64,000 bases of DNA from Candidatus Caccopulliclostridium gallistercoris (lineage in GTDB: Bacteria > Bacillota > Clostridia > Christensenellales > UBA1242). Under the pieces are notes generated by a model. That model was not told the origin of the DNA. It worked only from the letters and a program-made list of their open reading frames with translations, and did not search any database. Shown here one piece after another: positions 8,010 through 17,287 of the stretch; position 1 is the stretch's first letter, and each line of letters begins with the position of its first letter. Made by a program: the position numbers and the translations under genes. The DNA is taken from the NCBI GenBank assembly GCA_018713725.1, contig DVOJ01000015.1, positions 84,390 through 148,389 of the forward strand, given 5' to 3'.

Positions 8010-9541
8010 ATGAAAACGAAAGTAGTAATTTATGCAAGATATAGCAGTGATAAACAAACCGAACAATCTATTGAAGGACAACTTAGAGTTTGTTATGAAT
8101 ATGCTGAAAAATGAATATATGGTTGTTGGAGAATATATTGATAGAGCTCTAACTGGAACAACTGACAAACGACCTGAATTTTTACGAATGATTGAAGATA
8201 GTAAAAAGAAAATGTTTAATTATGTGATTGTTTATCAATTAGATAGATTTGCAAGAAATCGTTATGACAGTGCCACATATAAAGCAAAACTTACAAAAAA
8301 CGGAGTTAGAGTCTTATCTGCAAGAGAAAATATTTCAGACGATGCCAGTGGTGTTTTAATGGAATCTGTGCTTGAGGGCAGAATATTATTCGAAAGAATT
8401 AAGTCAAAAAACAAAGCGTGGAATGAAAGAAACCGTATTGAAAGGTCGCTGGACTGGTGGCTATTTGCCTTATGGCTACAACATATCTGACCATAAATTT
8501 GTAATAAATGAGTATGAAGCAGGCATAATTAGAAAAATCTTTAACGATTACATAAACAATACAAAAATTAAAGATATCGTAGAAGAACTAAACAATATGG
8601 GCATTAAAAACAAATGTGGAAAACCATTTTGTTCAGATTACATCTCTCGAATTTTGCAAAACAAAAGATATATTGGGATTCTTAGTAAAACTTATGAAAC
8701 TGAAGAAAAATCACCAAAAATTATAGATGAAGAAACATTTAATCTTGCAAACGAAAAATTAAAAATGAACAAAGGCAAAAATGCAAAGTATAAGGCAGAT
8801 GAACTTTATTATTTAAGTGGAAAAACAATTTGTGGATACTGTGGTTCACCTATTACAGCAGATAGTGGAACAAATCATAGTGGTAAAATTTATAAGTATT
8901 ACAAATGCTCAAAAAGAAAGAAAAAGAATGCTTGTAAAAAGTCTATAATTCAAAAAGATTTATTTGAAAGTAAAGTTATAGATAAAACAATACAAGATGT
9001 ATTTTCTCCTAAAATTATAGATGAAATTGCCGAAAATATTGTTATTAACTTTAACAAACAAATAAAAGACAATCCAGAAATTATATCTTATGAAAGGCAA
9101 CTAAATGATGTTAGTAAAAAAATTCAAAATATAATGAATGCAATTGAACAAGGAATAATAACAGTAACCACAAAAGAAAAACTTATGCAATATGAAAGCG
9201 ATAAAGCCAACTTGGAGGCTTGTATAACAAAATTAAAGACAAGAACAATACAGCAATTAGATAAGAGCACTGTAAAGGCATTCTTGCACGATTTTGAAGA
9301 CCGAGATTATACAAAACCTGAAAACAGATTTAGATTGCTAGAAATATTTATCAATAAAATATATTTATACGATGATTATGCAATTATTATTTACAACGAC
9401 ATCAAAAATTCAAGTTCAAAAATAGATTTTAGCAATAAAAAAACCGAACCTGAACAAAAGTTCGGATTCGGCTCTTTTGGCTCCCCAGGTAGGATTCGAA
9501 CCTACGACCTATCGGTTAACAGCCGAGTGCTCCACCGCTGA
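8010..9541 (+). pseudogene. large serine recombinase, disrupted by two frameshifts
   Basis: ATG at 8010 gives MKTKVVIYARYSSDKQTEQSIEGQLRVCYEYAEK, then TGA at 8112..8114 right after an A5 run (8107..8111). The protein continues in frame 1 (NEYMVVGEYIDRALTGT...VLMESVLEG) and again in frame 2 from ~8375 (AEYYSKELSQKTKRGM...), with zinc-ribbon Cys pairs and a coiled-coil. The last ~35 codons are antisense to the tRNA-Asn terminator and gene. Confidence 0.8.
9437..9465 (-). terminator. intrinsic terminator of tRNA-Asn
   Basis: The minus strand reads CCGAAC-ttttgttcag-GTTCGG-ttttttt, starting 12 nt after the tRNA CCA end. Confidence 0.65.
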
Positions 9542-9552
9542 GCTACTGAGGA
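9478..9552 (-). tRNA. tRNA-Asn (anticodon GTT), CCA encoded
   Basis: Manual fold of TCCTCAGTAGCTCAGCGGTGGAGCACTCGGCTGTTAACCGATAGGTCGTAGGTTCGAATCCTACCTGGGGAGCCA gives a 7-bp acceptor stem, GCTC/GAGC D stem, anticodon loop CTGTTAA, and T arm GTAGG-TTCGAAT-CCTAC. Confidence 0.9.
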
Positions 9553-9570
9553 TTATTTAGTTTTTTGCTT
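9551..9570. repeat. 20-bp direct repeat (tRNA leader), copy 1
   Basis: gattatttagttttttgctt is identical to 9699..9718. It abuts the 5' end of tRNA-Asn. Confidence 0.85.
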
Positions 9571-9600
9571 TTCGCTTGAATACCTTTATGTTAACCGATA

Positions 9601-9698
9601 GACCTATCGGTTTAACTACGCTTGCGCTCTAGTTGCGCAGAAAGCTAAAGCTTTCTTGGCGCCCAGCCGAGTGCTCTCGCCGTTTGGGCTTACTCGCA
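9601..9698 (-). pseudogene. degenerate, interrupted copy of the 5' half of tRNA-Asn
   Basis: 9664..9698 aligns to the D-arm/anticodon-stem part of the tRNA (cagccgagtgctc shared exactly, the rest diverged, D stem no longer pairs). 9601..9616 aligns to the 3' anticodon stem (ctatcggtttaac). A 47-nt insert (9617..9663) separates them, exactly inside the anticodon. There is no T arm. Confidence 0.45.
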
Positions 9699-9718
9699 GA
9701 TTATTTAGTTTTTTGCTT
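9699..9718. repeat. 20-bp direct repeat (tRNA leader), copy 2
   Basis: Identical to 9551..9570. It abuts the degenerate tRNA copy in the same relative position. Confidence 0.85.
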
Positions 9719-9730
9719 CAAGCGAGTATT

Positions 9731-9759
9731 ATATTAGCATTAATAAAAGCTTTTGTCAA
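9731..9759 (-). promoter_or_regulatory. near-consensus sigma-70-type promoter reading toward the tRNA region
   Basis: The minus strand reads TTGACA (9759..9754) - 17 nt - TAATAT (9736..9731). Confidence 0.6.
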
Positions 9760-9841
9760 CGTTTTTTAAAAATTTTTTTGTTTTTTATTTCAATTTTATA
9801 GTTTTATTTTTATTCGCGTCTTAAAGTTATTATTTTTATAA

Positions 9842-9870
9842 TTGACAAAAATTGCACTTAGTGGTATCAT
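9842..9870 (+). promoter_or_regulatory. promoter of the 9890 gene
   Basis: TTGACA (9842..9847) - 17 nt - TATCAT (9865..9870), with a GGAG RBS before ATG 9890. Confidence 0.55.
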
Positions 9871-9889
9871 TTATTTGGAGTTTTATTTT

Positions 9890-10567
9890 ATGATTAGAAA
9901 AATTGATAATAAATATATTTTGGATACAGTAAAAAGAGATGATAAAAATGGTTACGTTTTTGTAAAGTTTGGCGTTTATGAAGATAGGTTGGAAAATAGA
10001 ACTGTTAAAGAACCTATTCCTGTAATTGGGAAAATTTTACCTTTTTTAAAAAGAAAGGTAACAAAACAAGTTAAAACTGGCGAAGACCTTGTTGTTAAAG
10101 AAGAAAGAGTGGAAACAATTAGAAGACAAGGCGAAAACGCTCCGAAGGTGCTTAAAGATGCAATTAACCCTATACCTTTTAAAAGAATAGTAAGATTAGA
10201 GCCAAGTTTTTATGGTGAAGGTCTATATGTTGGGCATTTATATGACAACAAATACAGCCTTTTAACTGAAGAAGGTACAATTATTGGGCAATTTGATATG
10301 GAAGGCAAAGGTTACTACTTCCCTACAAAAGATGGGTTCTTACCCAAAGAAGCAAGCGAATCTTTAACGGAAAATCAGCTTTGCGAGCCGCTTTCCTTAG
10401 AAGATATAGTTTCTAGTTATATGGCTAAAAACCCAGACTCTATTAAAGAAATACCAGAAAGTTTGTATGATAAGTTCCCAGACCTTAAAGAGTCAATTAA
10501 AAAAGAAGTTTCAAAAACACAAAATCAAGATAAAGGCAAAAACACCCTATCTATGCAATTAGATTAA
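9890..10567 (+). CDS. hypothetical protein (225 aa)
   Basis: ATG at 9890 with GGAG 8 nt upstream; the listed ORF start 9842 coincides with the promoter -35. No motif recognised. Confidence 0.7.
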   Translation: MIRKIDNKYILDTVKRDDKNGYVFVKFGVYEDRLENRTVKEPIPVIGKILPFLKRKVTKQVKTGEDLVVKEERVETIRRQGENAPKVLKDAINPIPFKRIVRLEPSFYGEGLYVGHLYDNKYSLLTEEGTIIGQFDMEGKGYYFPTKDGFLPKEASESLTENQLCEPLSLEDIVSSYMAKNPDSIKEIPESLYDKFPDLKESIKKEVSKTQNQDKGKNTLSMQLD

Positions 10568-10589
10568 ATATTATATAATTTTTTGACAA

Positions 10590-10632
10590 AGTCAGGTTGC
10601 TAAAAATAAATAGCCTGACTTTTGTTGTTTTT
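10590..10632 (+). terminator. intrinsic terminator
   Basis: agtcagg...cctgact stem followed by tttgttgttttt. Confidence 0.55.
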
Positions 10633-10700
10633 ATTTTGCCTTAATTCCCTTTACATTATTTTTTTTATATGTTAATATATTTTTAATAGGAGATACATTT

Positions 10701-11081
10701 ATGGACGCAAGTAAATTTGGTGGTACAAAAGTGCTTTGGCACGATAGAAAGCGTTGGTGTGGCATGCCGCTTTCTTTTACTAGATATTATATAGTAGAAA
10801 ACGAAGGTCAATGGCTTAAACTTTTTTCTTCAATTGGGCTTTTTGCCACAGAAGACAACGAAGTAAATTTTTTTAGAATTTTTGATATGTCTATATATCA
10901 ATCGCTTTTTGATAAAATGTTTGGCGTAGGAACAATTACGCTTTATGTTAACGACGAAAGTACGGAAACTATTGTAATAAAAAAAGTTAAACATCCACAT
11001 AAGGTTAGAAATTTAATAGCTAGCCTTGTTGAACAAGAAAGGCAGAAACATGGTTTCCGCCTTACAGAATTTCATTCATAG
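10701..11081 (+). CDS. bacterial PH-domain (bPH_2/YdbT-like) protein
   Basis: 126 aa. The pattern LSFTRYYIVENEG...LFSSIGLF...ITLYVNDEST...IKKVKHPHKVRNLI is typical of small bacterial PH-domain proteins (recalled). Its 3' end overlaps pfkA convergently by 20 nt. Confidence 0.6.
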   Translation: MDASKFGGTKVLWHDRKRWCGMPLSFTRYYIVENEGQWLKLFSSIGLFATEDNEVNFFRIFDMSIYQSLFDKMFGVGTITLYVNDESTETIVIKKVKHPHKVRNLIASLVEQERQKHGFRLTEFHS

Positions 11082-11952
11082 ATTTTGCTTCAACGCTATC
11101 TTCATTGAATACAATTACTTTATTATAGCTATGCGTTCTAATACATTCTACGGCAAGGGCTGAAAATGCCTTTGCCTTTTTTATTTCTTCTTTTGTAGGG
11201 TTCTCGCCGCGCTGTAAGTACCCCACAACACAAGCTTTAAACTCTCTTTTAGTTTTACTAGTTAGCATTTCTCTTAATTCTTCCAAATTTACAAGCTTTT
11301 CTTGCACCACAATTTTTAAACAAGGCTTTTTGTTCTTCTTTATATCCTTTACAAGTTTATCTAGGTTTAACGGATTATACTCATTTATAACATAGTCCGC
11401 AGCGGACGCCGCGAAAACGCCCTTTGCTATTTCACCAGACTCGTTTCCCATAACTTCAAAAAGGCAGCTTCTATCTAGTGTTTCCATAGTGCGCATAACT
11501 AGTTCTATATATTTCCTGCACGCTTCCACCGCCGTGTAATAGCCAAGTGAGTAGCTAGAACATTTTAAGTCGTTATCCACGGTTGCTGGAATAAACACAA
11601 CTTTTGCGCCCTTCTCCGCAAGCTCTAACGCGCCTTTAAGCGAGCCATCGCCGCCTAAAATAATTAGAGCGTCTAAGGAATTTTTTTCTATTGTCTTTAA
11701 ACCTTTTTTAACTCCCTTTTCCGTTTTGAACTCTGGCGCTCTGGAACTTTTTAAAATGCAGCCCGAAAAAAGTTTGTTTTCTTCTAAAAGGGCTTGGTCT
11801 AGCGCGATAACATCGTTTTCCATAAGCCCTTTATAGCCGTACTTTATTCCTAAAAGTTCCACGCCAAGCTTTTTTAGCTTTTCGTGAATTTCATAAACTA
11901 CATAGTTCATGCCGGGAGCGTCGCCGCCGCTAACTAAAATTCCTACTTTCAT
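11062..11952 (-). CDS. pfkA: ATP-dependent 6-phosphofructokinase
   Basis: Motifs VSGGDAPGMN, ILGGDGSLKG and IPATVDNDL. It overlaps the dnaE stop by 4 nt. Confidence 0.9.
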   Translation of the reverse strand: MKVGILVSGGDAPGMNYVVYEIHEKLKKLGVELLGIKYGYKGLMENDVIALDQALLEENKLFSGCILKSSRAPEFKTEKGVKKGLKTIEKNSLDALIILGGDGSLKGALELAEKGAKVVFIPATVDNDLKCSSYSLGYYTAVEACRKYIELVMRTMETLDRSCLFEVMGNESGEIAKGVFAASAADYVINEYNPLNLDKLVKDIKKNKKPCLKIVVQEKLVNLEELREMLTSKTKREFKACVVGYLQRGENPTKEEIKKAKAFSALAVECIRTHSYNKVIVFNEDSVEAKSMNEIL

Positions 11953-14900
11953 TTGTCATCTCCTACTACTATAACGTTTTCTTCGCCTATAAGGCCGTTT
12001 AGCTCGTTTATTAAATGGTTTACCATGTTCACTTTAACTGGCATTTTATATTTTTTATCCGTAGTTGTGCACTTAGAAAACACTTCTGCGTCGCCTTTAT
12101 AGCTAAGTAGCACGTCATACACCTTGTTGTAAAGCTCCTTATTTTGCATATCAAATTTTAAGCAAAGCTTTTGATTTTTAGGCATATCTTTAACCGCTGG
12201 CGCCGACCACCTTACAAAACTCTCCGCCATAACTACTGGCGCTTCGCCGTCGCGAATTGATAGCCTGCCTGCAACTGTAAATAAGTCGTCTTCCTTTAAA
12301 ATATCCTTATACTTTGTGTACACCTTAGGAAATGCCATAATTTCAATAGTGCCGTAGATGTCTTCCATGCTTATCATAGCCATTTCCTTTTTGTCTGCCT
12401 TGGTTATGTGCTTTTTAACCTTGGTAAGTATTCCGCCGCACGTTACCGGCGTGCCGTCCTTTACGTTATAAAGGTATTTAACTTCGTCGTCTTCTTCTAT
12501 CTCTTCTGGCTCTAACATATCCGACGTTAAAGTGAAGTCTTTATACTTATCCATATACTCTTCTAGCGGGTGTCCGGAAATATATACGCCAAGAATATCC
12601 TTTTCAAATTTAAGTTTAGTTTCCCTATTAAACTCGCGGATATCTGGATACTGAGTTTGGTCCTGAGTTTTTAATTCCATATTGTCAAAGAGCGAAAACT
12701 GCCCCTTTGCCTTAGATTTTCTATCCTTGCTGACCTTATCCACAGCAATTTCATACACTGCCATAAGCTGAGAGCGGCTTTTGCCGAACGTATCGAACGC
12801 GCCGCTTAAAATTAGCGCTTCTATACACCTTTTGTTGAGCGCCTGCTGGCTTACACGGTTGATAAAGTCGTCAAAATTTTTGAAAGGCCCGTTTTTATCT
12901 CTTTCCGCAAGCACTTCTTCCATAAGCTGAACGCCTACATTTTTTAACGCACCCAAACCAAACCTTAGGTTACCGTTTTCTACGCTAAAATACGTTTCGC
13001 TCTTGTTTATATCCGGAGGAAGCACTTGGTGCCCCTGCTTTCTGGTGTAGGTTACATATTTTTTAATTTCGTCCGCGTTTGTAATTCTGTTGTTTAAAAC
13101 TGCGGTTAAAAATTCAATTTCGTAGTAGCACCTTAGGTATGCCGTTTGATAGGAAAGGTGCGCATAAGCCGCCGCATGAGATTTATTGAACGCGTAGCTT
13201 GCAAAGCTCTCCATTTCGGAAAACACCTGCTCCGCCACTTCCTTTGGAATGCCAAGCTTGATAGCGCCCGGAATGTCACTTTTGCCAGTTGGATCCTTCC
13301 AGCCGTTTATAAACTTTTCACGCTCGTACGCCATCTTTTCAACTTTCTTTTTACCCATGATTCTACGAACGTTATCCGCCTGACCCATGTTGTAGCCGCC
13401 CATAACTTGAAGCACCTTCATAACCTGCTCTTGATACACAATACAGCCGTACGTAACGTTCAAAATTGGCTCTAAGCACGGGTGCGCGTACACAATTTTA
13501 TCTGGGTTTTGTTTGTTTTTAACGTATCTTGGAATGGAGTCCATAGGTCCCGGACGATACAAGGAAACGCCGGCTATGATATCTTCAAGGCAGTCCGGTT
13601 TAAGCTCCTTCATGAACTTTTTCATGCCCGCACTTTCAAGCTGGAATATAGCGTCCGTGTCACCCGAGCTTATTAGCTCGTAAACTTTTGGGTCGTCGTA
13701 CTCCATGTCGTAGAAATCTATTTTAACGCCGTGGATTTTTTCTACAAGCTTTATTGCCTTATCTATATCCGTAAGCGTTCTAAGGCCTAAAAAGTCCATC
13801 TTTAAAAGCCCAAGCTGTTCAAGCTCTATCATGTTGTACTGTGTGGTAATATCGTCGCCGTTCCTAGATAGCGGCACAAAGTTATCTACCCTGTCCGGCG
13901 CAATTAGCACGCCCGCCGCGTGCGTGGACGTGTTTCTAGGAAAGCCTTCTAGCTTTACCGCCATATCTACAATACGCCTTAAAAATTGGTCTTCGTCGTA
14001 CATCTTCTTTAAGGCTGGCACTATGAACTTATCGTTTTCCGGTTTGCCCGTAACGCCAAAATAGTATTTTAAAACGGGCGGCTTTTTTATGCCTTCCGGA
14101 AGCTTGTCTGGAATTTCCTTAGAAATTTTATCCACTTCGGAATAAGGCATTCTTAGCACTCTAGCCACATCACGAAGTGCGTTCTTTGCCGCCATTGTAC
14201 CAAAGGTTACAATTAGCGCAACGTTAGAATTTGTATACCTTCTTCTAACGTAATCTATAACTTCGCCGCGCCTATCGTAATCGAAGTCTACGTCGAAGTC
14301 CGGCATAGACACACGCTCTTTATGAATGAACCTTTCAAAAATCAGGTCGTATTTTAAAGGGTCTATAAGCGTAATGCTTATGGCGTAAGCCACAATGCTG
14401 CCCGCGCCCGAGCCTCTGCCCGGACCTACTGGAATATCATGACTGCGCGCGTAGTTTATGTAGTCCCACACAACTAAGAAGTATTCCACAAAGCCTAGGT
14501 CGTGGATAAGCGTTAACTCGCTCTCCGCTCTTTCCAAAATTTCTGGCGTTAGAACTTTATACTTTTTCTTTAAACCCTTATACGTCATGTCCTTTAAAAA
14601 TTCAAAGCACGTCATGCCGTTTTCTGGCTGGTACTGCGGGATATAGTTTTTAGACGCTGGAAGCACGTATTTTTCCTCGAGCCCAAGTTCGCCGTGAAGC
14701 TTGCTTTTTATAACAACGTCGCACTTGTCTGCAATTTCCACCGTTGTGGCAAGCGCTTCTTCATAGCCCTGAAAAGCAAGCGCCATCTCTTCGTACGTCT
14801 TTAAGTAGAACTCTTGGGTTTGGAATTTTAGCCTGTCTGGGTCATCTATTTGCTTGCCCATCTGCACGCACATAAGCACGTCCTGCATTTCTGCGTCTTC

Positions 14901-15527
14901 CTTGTTTATGTAGTGCACGTCGTTTGTGGCAACAAGTTTTATGCCTAGCTTTTTGCTCATTTTGGCAAGCTCTACCATAACTAGCTTTTGCTCTTCTATG
15001 CCGTGGTTTTGAATTTCTAAGTAGAAATCGTCACCAAATATGTTTTTAAGCCTAAGCGCAAGTTTTTCTGCGTCTTCTAACCTGTTTTGAAGTATAAGCT
15101 GAGGAATGCTGCCCGCAAGGCACGCGCTTAAACAAATTATACCTTCGTGATACTGTTCTAGTAAATCGTAGTCTATTCTTGGCTTGTAGTAAAAGCCGTC
15201 TACAAAGGAAATAGAGCTTAGTTTTAATAGGTTTTTATACCCTTCGTTGTTTTTAGCAAGAAGTATTAAGTGGTTTAAAATTGGCTTGCCACCGCGCTGT
15301 TTGTGGTCATCACACACGTAGAACTCTTCGCCAATTATGGGCTTAATTTTATGCGTTAAGCACTCCGTGTAAAATTGGAGCGTGCCGTACATATTGCCAT
15401 GGTCTGTGATGGCTACAGCTTTATTACCACGCTCAGCTGATAGCGCCACAAGTTGTTTGATTTTAGCCGCGCCGTCAAGAAGGCTAAACTCCGTATGCAC
15501 GTGCAAGTGTACAAAATTTTCTTCCAT
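11949..15527 (-). CDS. dnaE: DNA polymerase III alpha subunit (DnaE type)
   Basis: 1192 aa with the N-terminal PHP motif FVHLHVHTEFSLLDGA and polymerase core motifs (e.g. PDFDVDF, NKSHAAAYA). Confidence 0.95.
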   Translation of the reverse strand: MEENFVHLHVHTEFSLLDGAAKIKQLVALSAERGNKAVAITDHGNMYGTLQFYTECLTHKIKPIIGEEFYVCDDHKQRGGKPILNHLILLAKNNEGYKNLLKLSSISFVDGFYYKPRIDYDLLEQYHEGIICLSACLAGSIPQLILQNRLEDAEKLALRLKNIFGDDFYLEIQNHGIEEQKLVMVELAKMSKKLGIKLVATNDVHYINKEDAEMQDVLMCVQMGKQIDDPDRLKFQTQEFYLKTYEEMALAFQGYEEALATTVEIADKCDVVIKSKLHGELGLEEKYVLPASKNYIPQYQPENGMTCFEFLKDMTYKGLKKKYKVLTPEILERAESELTLIHDLGFVEYFLVVWDYINYARSHDIPVGPGRGSGAGSIVAYAISITLIDPLKYDLIFERFIHKERVSMPDFDVDFDYDRRGEVIDYVRRRYTNSNVALIVTFGTMAAKNALRDVARVLRMPYSEVDKISKEIPDKLPEGIKKPPVLKYYFGVTGKPENDKFIVPALKKMYDEDQFLRRIVDMAVKLEGFPRNTSTHAAGVLIAPDRVDNFVPLSRNGDDITTQYNMIELEQLGLLKMDFLGLRTLTDIDKAIKLVEKIHGVKIDFYDMEYDDPKVYELISSGDTDAIFQLESAGMKKFMKELKPDCLEDIIAGVSLYRPGPMDSIPRYVKNKQNPDKIVYAHPCLEPILNVTYGCIVYQEQVMKVLQVMGGYNMGQADNVRRIMGKKKVEKMAYEREKFINGWKDPTGKSDIPGAIKLGIPKEVAEQVFSEMESFASYAFNKSHAAAYAHLSYQTAYLRCYYEIEFLTAVLNNRITNADEIKKYVTYTRKQGHQVLPPDINKSETYFSVENGNLRFGLGALKNVGVQLMEEVLAERDKNGPFKNFDDFINRVSQQALNKRCIEALILSGAFDTFGKSRSQLMAVYEIAVDKVSKDRKSKAKGQFSLFDNMELKTQDQTQYPDIREFNRETKLKFEKDILGVYISGHPLEEYMDKYKDFTLTSDMLEPEEIEEDDEVKYLYNVKDGTPVTCGGILTKVKKHITKADKKEMAMISMEDIYGTIEIMAFPKVYTKYKDILKEDDLFTVAGRLSIRDGEAPVVMAESFVRWSAPAVKDMPKNQKLCLKFDMQNKELYNKVYDVLLSYKGDAEVFSKCTTTDKKYKMPVKVNMVNHLINELNGLIGEENVIVVGDDK

Positions 15528-16490
15528 CTATTCCTCCAATTCCTTTGCTAGTTTAATTATCTTTCTAAACCTATGGTTTAACCCACTTTTTGTAAGTTTA
15601 ATTTTAGAGAGTTTTAAAAGTTCGTCTAGGCTCTCTTCCGTGTTCGCAAGCCTTAAAAGTGCCACTTCTTGAAGGTCGCTAGGAAGGCTATCTAAGCCTA
15701 TCGTGCTCTCTATTATGTTTATAGCTTCAAGTTGCTTTAAGCTTGCTTCCACTGTTTTTGAAATGTTTGCGTTCATGCAGTTTGTTTGCCTGTTTACCTT
15801 GTTTCTAAGCTCTCTAACGGCAAGCTCGTTTTGAAGTTCAAGCACGCTGTTATACGCACCCACAAGCGCAAGAAGGTCGGAAACCTGGCTTGCTTCCTTT
15901 AAATACAATACGTACAAATTCTTTCTTTCTACAAGCTTTGGAAAGATGTTAAAGCCCGCAAGAATTTCGCTTAATCCTTGCAAAAAGTTATGGCTATGCG
16001 ACGTAAACTCTATATGATACCCCGTGTTTGTCTTCTTGTTCGCTTGCTCGCTGAGCCTTATGCTAGACGTAGCCGAACCCAAAAATGCGCCCTGCACAAA
16101 TGCCTTTTTACAGCACTCGCTCTTTACTATATATTCGTCTATTTCTCCGCTTAAATTAACGTTGCCTTCGGAATCTATAAAGCCAAGGTCCTTTAAAATC
16201 TTGTCCGTGCAATCTTCCGGCAAAGATATTCTATAATAAACCGTCTTGTTTATTTTATAGTCGTCTTCTATATCTAGCTCCATAAAGTCGCCGTAAAGGT
16301 TGTGGAAAATTTTGTTGATGTAGGGGTAAATTTCTTGAATATCCGTTAAAATGTAGGCACGTTTTTTGCCCCCGCTTATCTCTATTTCGCCAGATGCATG
16401 AAAAAGTGCGCTTAGAAAGGCAAGCCCACAGCAATCCGTAGGCGGCTCTAAGGCAAGTATTTGAAGTTTTGCATCTCTTGAAAAGCTCAT
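15528..16490 (-). CDS. whiA: DNA-binding protein WhiA
   Basis: 320 aa with an N-terminal degenerate LAGLIDADG-type region and the C-terminal HTH TKSGLNHRFRKIIKLA typical of WhiA. Confidence 0.9.
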   Translation of the reverse strand: MSFSRDAKLQILALEPPTDCCGLAFLSALFHASGEIEISGGKKRAYILTDIQEIYPYINKIFHNLYGDFMELDIEDDYKINKTVYYRISLPEDCTDKILKDLGFIDSEGNVNLSGEIDEYIVKSECCKKAFVQGAFLGSATSSIRLSEQANKKTNTGYHIEFTSHSHNFLQGLSEILAGFNIFPKLVERKNLYVLYLKEASQVSDLLALVGAYNSVLELQNELAVRELRNKVNRQTNCMNANISKTVEASLKQLEAINIIESTIGLDSLPSDLQEVALLRLANTEESLDELLKLSKIKLTKSGLNHRFRKIIKLAKELEE

Positions 16491-16498
16491 TTGTTCTC

Positions 16499-17230
16499 CT
16501 ATTTTTTCTTTAAAAAGTTCTTATCTAAATTTACTATTAGTTCGTGCGGCAAGTTTAGCCTTTCCACTAAATTTAAGCCCGTGTTCACTTCTCCAACGTT
16601 TTCCGCGAGGTGCGCGTCGGAATTAAGTATCATTTTAACGCCGTGTTCGGCAAGGTATAAAAGTTCTCTATCCGTAAGGCAGTTTTTTCTACCGTTTATT
16701 TCCACCACGGTGTTGTGGCTAATTAGGCTTGGAACTAACCTTTTTATATCCACTTGAAAGCCGTAGTTTAAATGCACTAAAACGTCTACTTTGTTTTTAT
16801 CTAGCGCACGCATTACCATGTCTGTATTCTTTTCAATTTGGCTCTTTGTTTTAACGTGGAGTATGTTTGGATAGAACATTTTAAGCTTGTCCGAAAATTT
16901 TCCTTTTACAAACCTATGAAAACCTAGGTTTACAAGCTCTAAATATTCCATATCCGAAGGAAGTACGTCTATGGTGCCGTCTAGTGAAACAAAGTTTGCT
17001 TCTATTCCTAAAAAAATTTCAAGCCCGGTCTCTTTTTCCGCACTTTTTATCTTTTCCTTCATTTCCGGAAGCTTCGCTCTATCCACGTTATAAAGCTGGT
17101 GGTCGAACCCATGGTCTGTTATGGCAAGCTGAAAAAGCCCCTTAGCCTTAGCAACTCGCGCGTTATCTATTATGTCGCCTTTACCGTGGCTATATATGGT
17201 GTGTGTGTGATAATCGCCAAAAGGTAGCAT
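16499..17230 (-). CDS. PHP-domain (histidinol-phosphatase-like) metal-dependent phosphoesterase
   Basis: Motifs DYHTHTIYSHG, ITDHG and NSDAH. Confidence 0.75.
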   Translation of the reverse strand: MLPFGDYHTHTIYSHGKGDIIDNARVAKAKGLFQLAITDHGFDHQLYNVDRAKLPEMKEKIKSAEKETGLEIFLGIEANFVSLDGTIDVLPSDMEYLELVNLGFHRFVKGKFSDKLKMFYPNILHVKTKSQIEKNTDMVMRALDKNKVDVLVHLNYGFQVDIKRLVPSLISHNTVVEINGRKNCLTDRELLYLAEHGVKMILNSDAHLAENVGEVNTGLNLVERLNLPHELIVNLDKNFLKKK

Positions 17231-17287
17231 TTATTCCCCCTAATTTTTAGTATTTTAATAGTTTGCCCTTAAAAAAGCAAGCAATTT

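Noticed and set aside
8032-9541. Two separate ORFs (8032..8490 and 8372..9541) as independent genes
   Set aside because: Together with the 8010..8114 start fragment they read as one colinear large serine recombinase split by two frameshifts. Neither has its own start context.
9617-9663. Group I or other self-splicing intron in a tRNA anticodon loop
   Set aside because: The insert is only 47 nt, the flanking tRNA-like halves are degenerate and lack a T arm, and an intact tRNA-Asn lies next to it. It is treated as a remnant.
13146-15672. Plus-strand ORFs inside dnaE/whiA (13146..13475, 13482..13676, 13831..14064, 15382..15672)
   Set aside because: They are antisense shadows of strongly supported genes. 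The same reasoning applies to the antisense ORFs inside the giant adhesin, rlmB (38291..38782), hisS, prfB (41692..42081), the ATPase (e.g. 45804..46346), recD2, uvrC, gltX and the RM genes.
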